Shown here piece by piece: positions 50,375 to 56,822 of a DNA stretch of 56,822 nucleotides (the first letter of the stretch is position 1; every line of letters starts with the position of its first letter). Source of the stretch: an uncultured Candidatus Saccharimonadales bacterium (GTDB lineage Bacteria; Patescibacteriota; Saccharimonadia; UBA4664); the NCBI GenBank assembly GCA_964505035.1, contig CAZDGK010000002.1, forward strand, positions 1-56,822, given 5' to 3'. A program made the position numbers and the translations under genes. The notes under the pieces were generated by a model, which worked only from the letters and a program-made list of their open reading frames with translations, ran no database searches and was not told the origin of the DNA.

Positions 50375-51958
50375 CTATTCTCCGACGGCTGCGTAGACTT
50401 CTTCGAGCGTCGTCTTGCCTTCTATGACCTTGAGAATGCCGTCCTGAAGCATGGTGACCATGCCTTCGGTGGCGGCGGCTTGCTCGACGGCTTGTGTAGT
50501 GGTGGCGGCGGTGGCGTGGGCGATGAGGTCTTGCATCTTGGGCGTGACATCGAGCTCCTCAATGAGGCAGATGCGACCCTGGTAGCCAAAATGGTGGCAG
50601 GAGTCGCAGCCAACGGCCTTCATGAGCTTGAGGTTGTCGTAGTCGGGTTGCTGGTTGGGTGGCAAATTGTGCAGGACGGTTTTGATCTGCAGCAATTCTT
50701 GCTTGTTGGGTTTGCGGGGCTGTTTGCAGTCTGGGCAGAGCTGGCGGACGAGGCGCTGGGCGATGATGAGCCGCACGGCTGAGGCTAGGAGCGAGTTTTG
50801 GCCGGCCATATCCATGAGGCGAGTGATGGAGGCGGAGGCGGAGGTGGCGTGGAAGGTCGCCAGCACTAGGTGGCCAGTAAGGGCGGCTTGGAGGGCGGTT
50901 TTGGCGGTGTCGGCGTCGCGGATCTCGCCGATCATGATGATGTTGGGGTCTTCACGCAGGACTGCTCTGAGCTCCTGCATGAATAATTCTTGGTTATCGG
51001 AGCGGACGGGGACTTGTGAGACGCCGTCTAGCTCGTATTCGATGGGGTCTTCGAGGGTAACGATCTTGGTTTCGGGTGTGTTGAGGTGGTTCATGATGGA
51101 ATAGAGCGTGGAGGTCTTGCCGGAGCCAGTGGGGCCGACAGCCAGGACCATGCCGCGGGGGTGAGAAATCGCTCTGACCAAGACCTGCCGCTGGGCGGAT
51201 GTGAGCTGTAGATTGTCGAGGGTGAGGTACTTATTGCTGAGGTTGAAGAGTCGGATGACGACGTCCTGGCCATGCAGGCTAGGGACGGTCTCGAGGCGCA
51301 TGTTGAGTAGCACTGGATCGCCGTCTTGGTTGATGGCGTTAACATTGATGCGGCCGCCTTGGGGTTGGTCGGCGCCCCATTTGACGCCAGCTCGGATCTG
51401 GAGGTCTGAGGTGAGGAGCTCGTAGCGGTCTGAGCTAAGCGTGAGTAGGGGGTGGAGGGTGCCGTCGATACGGAGCCGGACCCGGGCTTCTTTGGGGCCT
51501 GGCTCGATGTGAATGTCGGTGGCACCCAGCTGGTAGGCGAGCTGAGCCAGCGGCTCGAGCATGAATTTGGGTTCGATGTTGGCTAGCTCGGTAGCCAGGT
51601 CGGCAAAATTGCCCTTTTCGAGAGTGGCGGCATGCTCGGCCAGGGTGTAGCGGTTGAGGAGGCGCTGCCAGCCGAATGACGAGATGTACTTGAACACGAC
51701 CTGGTAGCCGCTGCCGGAGAGGCGGGCAGCGAGGGGTTGAAGCAGTTCTTGCTTGGTGTGCTCGCTGATGCCGAGGATGAGCTTGGTTTTCTCGAGGCTG
51801 AGTGGCACGATGCCATAGGCTTTCATACCCTCGACGGTGAGTTTGCCGACGAGCGGCTTGATGTCGAGAGATGGGCGGGTGTCGAAATATTCCAGGCCCA
51901 TCTGGGTAGCGAAGTTCTGGGCGGCGGTTTCTACTTGGTTGCGTTCATCATCAGTCAT
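50375..51958 (-). CDS. pilB: GspE/PilB-family type IV pilus / T2SS assembly ATPase
   Basis: T2SSE N-domain, Walker A GPTGSGKTS, Asp box, Walker B IIMIGEIRD, and a tetracysteine CPDC...CDSC. Confidence 0.9.
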   Translation of the reverse strand: MTDDERNQVETAAQNFATQMGLEYFDTRPSLDIKPLVGKLTVEGMKAYGIVPLSLEKTKLILGISEHTKQELLQPLAARLSGSGYQVVFKYISSFGWQRLLNRYTLAEHAATLEKGNFADLATELANIEPKFMLEPLAQLAYQLGATDIHIEPGPKEARVRLRIDGTLHPLLTLSSDRYELLTSDLQIRAGVKWGADQPQGGRINVNAINQDGDPVLLNMRLETVPSLHGQDVVIRLFNLSNKYLTLDNLQLTSAQRQVLVRAISHPRGMVLAVGPTGSGKTSTLYSIMNHLNTPETKIVTLEDPIEYELDGVSQVPVRSDNQELFMQELRAVLREDPNIIMIGEIRDADTAKTALQAALTGHLVLATFHATSASASITRLMDMAGQNSLLASAVRLIIAQRLVRQLCPDCKQPRKPNKQELLQIKTVLHNLPPNQQPDYDNLKLMKAVGCDSCHHFGYQGRICLIEELDVTPKMQDLIAHATAATTTQAVEQAAATEGMVTMLQDGILKVIEGKTTLEEVYAAVGE

Positions 51959-51964
51959 GGGCTC

Positions 51965-51973
51965 ATTTTAGCA
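51965..51973 (-). promoter_or_regulatory. Extended -10 giving a leaderless pilB mRNA
   Basis: Minus strand TGcTAAAAT ends 6 nt before ATG 51958. Confidence 0.55.
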
Positions 51974-51997
51974 TGGAGCACGAGCGGAATGATGGGA

Positions 51998-53881
51998 TTA
52001 AGGCAGGCGGTAGATGCTCCAGCTGGGGTTTTGGTAGACCAGCGTGGCAGCGCGGCCAATGGCTGTAGGGTCGACTAGCCACTCGGAGGGTTCGTACGCG
52101 GCAACGGCTAGATACTGGGCGCCGATAGCAGTGACGGCGGGGTCGTGGAGGTTGCCCTGGAGGGCAGCAGCCACGGCAGCTTGGCGAGGAGCGTAATTTA
52201 GGTGGTAATTGTACAGCCAGCCACGATAGCCAAACACGATAGCCCGCCCGGCGATGGTGGCTATGGGTTGGTTGGGCTTGTCGGTGGTGAGGAAGACAGT
52301 GCTTGGTGCGGTGTGGGTCTGGACCCACTGGCTGAGGGCTAAATCGTCCGGGCTGGCGAACTGATCGTGGAGCTGGAATTCTCGGGTGACGGTGAGTGCC
52401 CCGGGAATGGTGACGGCTAGGATGATCGGCGCAAGATATAGCAGATGGCCGGCATGGCGTCGGACGAGCTGGGCGATAAAGGCGCCTGCCCAGAGGCAGG
52501 CCATGAGGTAGACATAGAAGATGAGCTTGAGGTCGTCGTACTCGAATGGCTGGAGCGAGTAGATTTGGCTGAGCAAGAGCAGTGCCAGCATGGGGGCATA
52601 CCAAACGAGCTGCGGGCGCCAGCGCGGGTTGAGCAGAACCCAGGGTAGCAATATCAGGAAGGGTCCGGCGAGGCCGAAGTTGGCCCACCAGAAGCTGGTC
52701 AGTGATTGGCCGGACTGAGCCATCCAGCCGACGGCGAGGTGGCCACCGCTGCCGTGTGGGCTAGCTAGCTGCTGCCAGGCGAGCTGCGGGATGGCAAGGC
52801 TGGCAGCGGCGATGGCGGCGGGCAACCAGTGGCGCCAGTGGTTGGGCCGGGTCCAGACGTCGGCTAGGCCAAAGGCGGCTACCAGGAAGGCAGCCGCGAC
52901 GAAGCTGTGGGCGTGGGCTAATGGCATGAGGCCGAGGATGACACCAGTAGCGAGGCGCCAACGGCTGGTGAATGGCGAGCTGGGGTGCTGGCGGATAGCG
53001 TGGAGGAGGACGGCGATGGCCAGGAAGGCGCCAAGGCCAAACAGGAAGCCGCGCTGGGGTAGCAGAATGTCGGCCGTGAAGTTATTGAAGTGGGCGTTTA
53101 GATTGTTGACGGCACTAAAGTTGGCCGGCAGGTGGGAGAGGAACTGACCGAGGCTGAGGCCGCTGGAGCGCCACATTTGCCAGGCCGCGTCGAGTCCGGC
53201 AGCTGAGCCGTTGCAGAGGAAGAGGCACAGGCTCATGGCCGCCGCTGGCAGGCTATTGAAGAGACGCAGACTGAGGCCAATAAACAACTGAAGGGCGGCT
53301 AGAATCAGTAGCAGGCTCGGCCAGAAGATGGCGGCGTGCAGACTCCAGCCGGCGCGGACAAGCAAGGCGGAGGTGAAGTCGATGAGAAAGGGATAGGTGA
53401 GGTGTGTACCTGACGCTAGCGGTAGGTCGAGCGGTAGCTGGGCGGGGGCGGCCTGGTGGGTGATGAGGGCTGAGTGGAGGCCGAGGTCGGCCCAAGTGGA
53501 TCCGGCCGAGAAGAGACCGTCTGGGGTGGCTGGGAGACTATGCGTCCATAGTAGCCAGCCAAAGCCGAGGCTAAGCCCGGCCGTGAGGACGCCCCAGCCG
53601 ACCCAACGGCGTGGACTAGCGGTGAGACGGACGTGATCTGGGTCGGGGCGGTAGCGCCACCACAGCCAGACGCCACTGACGGCGGCTAGAGCGGTGGCAA
53701 TTGGGACGCTGAGCGTATAGGGTGCAGCGATGGACAGGAGGCAGGCTAGCCAGGTCCAGCCGAGCAGGCCGAGGATGATACTTAAGGCCGCTACCTCAAA
53801 CGGATAGAGCGGCAGCCGCAGGAGCCGCACGAGACCCCAGCCCAACGCCAGGGCGGAGGCGAGTAGTAGTAAGCCGATCAT
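51998..53881 (-). CDS. Large polytopic membrane protein, GT-C-like (putative glycosyltransferase)
   Basis: More than 10 hydrophobic segments over about 480 aa, then a soluble C-terminal domain of about 140 aa. The family is not recognised with certainty. Confidence 0.45.
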   Translation of the reverse strand: MIGLLLLASALALGWGLVRLLRLPLYPFEVAALSIILGLLGWTWLACLLSIAAPYTLSVPIATALAAVSGVWLWWRYRPDPDHVRLTASPRRWVGWGVLTAGLSLGFGWLLWTHSLPATPDGLFSAGSTWADLGLHSALITHQAAPAQLPLDLPLASGTHLTYPFLIDFTSALLVRAGWSLHAAIFWPSLLLILAALQLFIGLSLRLFNSLPAAAMSLCLFLCNGSAAGLDAAWQMWRSSGLSLGQFLSHLPANFSAVNNLNAHFNNFTADILLPQRGFLFGLGAFLAIAVLLHAIRQHPSSPFTSRWRLATGVILGLMPLAHAHSFVAAAFLVAAFGLADVWTRPNHWRHWLPAAIAAASLAIPQLAWQQLASPHGSGGHLAVGWMAQSGQSLTSFWWANFGLAGPFLILLPWVLLNPRWRPQLVWYAPMLALLLLSQIYSLQPFEYDDLKLIFYVYLMACLWAGAFIAQLVRRHAGHLLYLAPIILAVTIPGALTVTREFQLHDQFASPDDLALSQWVQTHTAPSTVFLTTDKPNQPIATIAGRAIVFGYRGWLYNYHLNYAPRQAAVAAALQGNLHDPAVTAIGAQYLAVAAYEPSEWLVDPTAIGRAATLVYQNPSWSIYRLP

Positions 53882-53962
53882 GGCCGGAAACTCATCATGG
53901 CATAAGCTTACCGAATTTTTGGGACTTTGGCTTTTGGGCCGGGCCGGGGTATGCTAGCGGGG

Positions 53963-54676
53963 ATGAGTAAAATTTCTAGCCTGAGCTTGTTTTTCCCAAT
54001 GTATAACGAAGCAGCGGCCATTGGCGGCACTGTCGAGCGAGCCCGGGCCGCACTAGATGAGATGGGGATTGGGGACTACGAGATTATTCTGGTGGATGAT
54101 GGCAGCCGGGATGGGACTGGTGACCTGGCCGACAGCTTGGCGGCGAGGCTACCCAAGCTCAAGGTAGTGCACCATCCAAAGAACTTGGGCTATGGCGCGG
54201 CGCTGTCGAGCGGGTTTGCGGCTGCTACCAAAGATTGGGTGATGTATACCGATGGAGATGGCCAGTTTGACGTGTCGGACTTGGCGAAGTTTTTGCAGTA
54301 TACGGATGATTATGAGGTGCTGCTAGGGTACCGACTCGAGCGGCAGGACCATGGCGGCCGCAAGCTAAATGCAGCGCTGTGGGCCTGGCTGGTGTGGCTG
54401 CTGGTGGGCTTGCGGGTGCGGGATCTGGACTGTGGCTTTAAGCTAATGCGCCGCCGGGTCTTGGAGCGGGTACTGCCGCTGGAGGCCGGCGGGGCAGTGA
54501 TCTCGGCGGAATTGTTGCTGAAGCTGAAGCGGCTGGGTTACGAGTTTAAGCAAATTGGCGTGAATCACTTTGCCAGGACTGGTGGCAAGTCGACTGGAGC
54601 CAACCTGGGGGTGGTAGCGCGGGCGGCGCGGGAGCTGTGGCAATTGCGGCAGCGTCTGGGCAAGCCGCTGACTTGA
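53963..54676 (+). CDS. GT2 polyprenol-phosphate glycosyltransferase (Dpm1/Ppm1/GtrB-like)
   Basis: LSLFFPMYNE, ILVDDGSRDGT, NLGYGAA and YTDGDGQFD motifs. ATG 53951 is an alternative start. Confidence 0.8.
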   Translation: MSKISSLSLFFPMYNEAAAIGGTVERARAALDEMGIGDYEIILVDDGSRDGTGDLADSLAARLPKLKVVHHPKNLGYGAALSSGFAAATKDWVMYTDGDGQFDVSDLAKFLQYTDDYEVLLGYRLERQDHGGRKLNAALWAWLVWLLVGLRVRDLDCGFKLMRRRVLERVLPLEAGGAVISAELLLKLKRLGYEFKQIGVNHFARTGGKSTGANLGVVARAARELWQLRQRLGKPLT

Positions 54677-54685
54677 GCCTAGCGG

Positions 54686-56089
54686 CTAGCGCCAGGTGGG
54701 TAGCCAGATGTGGTGCATGAGGTCAGCCTGGGAGAGGGGCCAGCCGTAGCTGAGCGGGGCAAAATAGCAGAAGCCAGCGAGGGCGGCAGTGGCGACGCCA
54801 ATATAGATCAACATGGACTGGCGGCTAGAGAAGTGCCAGAACTTGGTGCTGGGCTGGTCCCAACCGGTCATGACAGCTAGTGCCAGGACGGCAGCGGCCA
54901 GGCTGAAGATGAAAGCGTAGAGATAGTGATAGAGGAACATCACCCGGTCGATTTGGCTGAAGGGTAGAAAATTGGCTAGGTAGGCAACCCCGAGCAGCAG
55001 CCAGACCCCACGGTAGCGCCGGAAGCGGCCCGGTTGGTAGGCGTAGGCGAGGGCGCCCAGGATTAGCGTGACGAGAATGCCCCACCAAATGATGGGATTG
55101 CCGAGTAGGTAGATGTTGCCCTGGCGACCGTTGGCTAGGCTGGGGCCTTGCCAGTAGTAGACGTCGCGCTGCATGAGCGGCCAGGTGTCCCATTTGGAGC
55201 CGTAGGGGTGGGTGGCGCCGCGAAGGCTGTTTTCGGCATCATGCATGGCCCGGTTGAGGTCGACGAATTTGCCGATGAATGACAGCTTGGCGTGGGGGTC
55301 GTAATAAGGGCTGCCGATGAGGGTGGATTGGAAACGCTGCGACATGAAGGCGTCGCCTTGGCCGGTGCGCGTGAGGAAATGAAAGTGTACGGCAAAGACA
55401 CTGACGTAGACGAGGGCAGGGATGACAAGCAGGGTGGCGCCTTCGGTGAGGAAGCGGCGGCGAGCAGTGCGGAGCGGTGGGTACTCGACGAACCAGGCGA
55501 GACCGATGATGCCCAGAATTGCCAGGCCGGTCCACTTAGTGCTGGCGGCTAGGCCGGCGCAAAATGCGGCAGCGGCCATAAACCGCCAGCGCGGCCAGCC
55601 CTGGCGGCGGCGGGCGGCCAGGTAGAGCGTGATGGCGGTGAGGCCGAAGAGGATGAGCATGCTGTCGATGAGAATGAAGCGGGATTCGACGAGCAGAGCG
55701 TTGTCAAGCAGTAGCAACAAAGCACCAAGGGCGGCAACAGCCCGGCTTGCCTTGAGCTGGCGCAGGAGTATGTAGAAGACGGGGATGATGAGGGTGCCGG
55801 CTAGAGCAGGCAGGAGGCGCAGGACCACGGCGGGGTCGGTCCCAGCCACGGCTGGGCCGCTGAGATGAAACAGATAGGCTAGCCCGCCGAGTAATAGCTT
55901 GCCGAGTGGTGGGTGAGGGTCGAAGTAATACGAGCCGGTGAGATAATCGCCGGCGTAGGTCTTGAAGTAGACCTCATCGAAGACGATGGCGTTGGGCTGG
56001 AAGAGGCCCCAGAACCGCGTGAGAGCGGCTAGGGCGGTCAGAATGATGAGTTCTGGCCGGTACAGCAGTAGGCGCCAAGACTTGGGCAT
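54686..56089 (-). CDS. GT39 (PMT-family) protein O-mannosyltransferase-like
   Basis: Loop-1 motif IVFDEVYFKTYAGDY...FDPHPPLGKLL and more than 10 TM segments. Confidence 0.8.
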   Translation of the reverse strand: MPKSWRLLLYRPELIILTALAALTRFWGLFQPNAIVFDEVYFKTYAGDYLTGSYYFDPHPPLGKLLLGGLAYLFHLSGPAVAGTDPAVVLRLLPALAGTLIIPVFYILLRQLKASRAVAALGALLLLLDNALLVESRFILIDSMLILFGLTAITLYLAARRRQGWPRWRFMAAAAFCAGLAASTKWTGLAILGIIGLAWFVEYPPLRTARRRFLTEGATLLVIPALVYVSVFAVHFHFLTRTGQGDAFMSQRFQSTLIGSPYYDPHAKLSFIGKFVDLNRAMHDAENSLRGATHPYGSKWDTWPLMQRDVYYWQGPSLANGRQGNIYLLGNPIIWWGILVTLILGALAYAYQPGRFRRYRGVWLLLGVAYLANFLPFSQIDRVMFLYHYLYAFIFSLAAAVLALAVMTGWDQPSTKFWHFSSRQSMLIYIGVATAALAGFCYFAPLSYGWPLSQADLMHHIWLPTWR

Positions 56090-56107
56090 GACGGTATTAT
56101 AGCGGGC

Positions 56108-56764
56108 TTAGTAAATGTATTTGAAGTCGGTGGCTTTGACCCAGCGCTTGTCGAGTCGGCCCAGGCCGAGGTAGTTCATCTCAGAGATGAGCACTTGACC
56201 GGTAGTGGGGTCGACGTCTTCGACGAGGGCGACGTGGCCAAAGTAGCCCTGCGGCGTCCAGGCGATGGCGGCGACGGCCGGGACGGTGCCGGTGTTCCAG
56301 CCCATGGCAACGGCGTGGCCAAACCAAGTACGGGCATTGCCCCAGTTGCTGGGGATGGGCCGCCGGCCGGCGACATACCAGGTGCACTGGCCGCGGGCGT
56401 ACCCATTGATGTAGGTGCCCTGAGGGGCCATGGTGCCTGGTGGCAGGAGCTGGCCGCTGGGGCCGCCGGGCAGAAACTCGGCCTTGGTGGACGAGACCAG
56501 CCGGGCAGTCGCGGCGGGCTTGGTTGGGGCATTGAGCAGGGCCAGGCTGGGCACTTGGCGGTGAGTATAGCCGTAGGCCCCGATGCTTAGGATTACTACC
56601 CAGCAAGCTAGGCCAGCCCAGGTCAGGGGCTTGAGGGCTGGGACTAGCCGCGACAAGATGCGGACACGATTGCGGGTGCGACTACCACGCGAAGCTGACT
56701 TGACGGCTGCGGGAGTGGCATCAAGGTAGGCTGACAGATAGGGATGTGGGTTTGGTAAGCTCAT
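56108..56764 (-). CDS. Membrane-anchored CHAP-domain peptidoglycan hydrolase
   Basis: An N-terminal TM, then GQCTWYVAGRR (catalytic Cys) and GHVALVEDV (His). Confidence 0.8.
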   Translation of the reverse strand: MSLPNPHPYLSAYLDATPAAVKSASRGSRTRNRVRILSRLVPALKPLTWAGLACWVVILSIGAYGYTHRQVPSLALLNAPTKPAATARLVSSTKAEFLPGGPSGQLLPPGTMAPQGTYINGYARGQCTWYVAGRRPIPSNWGNARTWFGHAVAMGWNTGTVPAVAAIAWTPQGYFGHVALVEDVDPTTGQVLISEMNYLGLGRLDKRWVKATDFKYIY

Positions 56765-56822
56765 ATGCGTTCCATGGTCGATTTTTGGGCAATAGACGAT
56801 AGTACACCCTGAGGCTGAGGTT

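Overview
This is a GC-rich, tightly packed bacterial chromosomal window with about 60 credible protein genes. Many adjacent genes overlap by 1-4 nt at start/stop (ATGA, GTGA, TAATG, TGATG).

RNA genes and leaders: 6 tRNAs (Asp partial, Thr, Gly, Val x2, Pro), RNase P RNA, tmRNA and a T-box leader on thrS.

Housekeeping genes: rplY, nrdR, thrS, miaA, rpmB, rnhA, infC-rpmI-rplT and comM.

There is a heavy load of monoderm-type envelope genes:
- MurT/GatD, PgeF and an LCP protein.
- Cell-wall hydrolases: Amidase_2, NlpC/P60 and CHAP.
- Glycan assembly: a WecA-like transferase, a polyprenyl glycosylphosphotransferase and several GT2/GT4 enzymes.
- A Ppm1-like GT2 with a GT39 PMT.

Also present are a trehalase and ROK kinase cluster, an Nramp transporter and a solitary PilB-type ATPase.

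I saw no rRNA, CRISPR array, transposase, integrase or reverse transcriptase. Gene content suggests a small-genome monoderm lineage (Patescibacteria/Saccharibacteria-like or actinobacteria-like); that is inference only.

Most interesting observations:
1. An operon joins an Avd/23S-IVS-type four-helix-bundle protein, a 92-aa orphan protein and a UmuC-like Y-family polymerase.
2. A GTTC-N7-GTTC direct-repeat box lies in that operon's promoter, in the comM promoter and at one further site. It resembles an SOS operator.
3. A tandemly duplicated membrane-protein module has diverged coding regions. It keeps a 59/60-identical 3' hairpin element and a conserved 5' hairpin that sequesters the SD and AUG.
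4. A roughly 147-nt multi-helix RNA candidate lies upstream of a MOSC gene.
5. Six genes have a (TGn)-10 box only 6-7 nt upstream of the ATG, which implies leaderless mRNAs.
6. A promoter-to-terminator mini-unit rich in GGA motifs may be a small RNA.

All functional calls come from motif recognition by eye. No database search was run.
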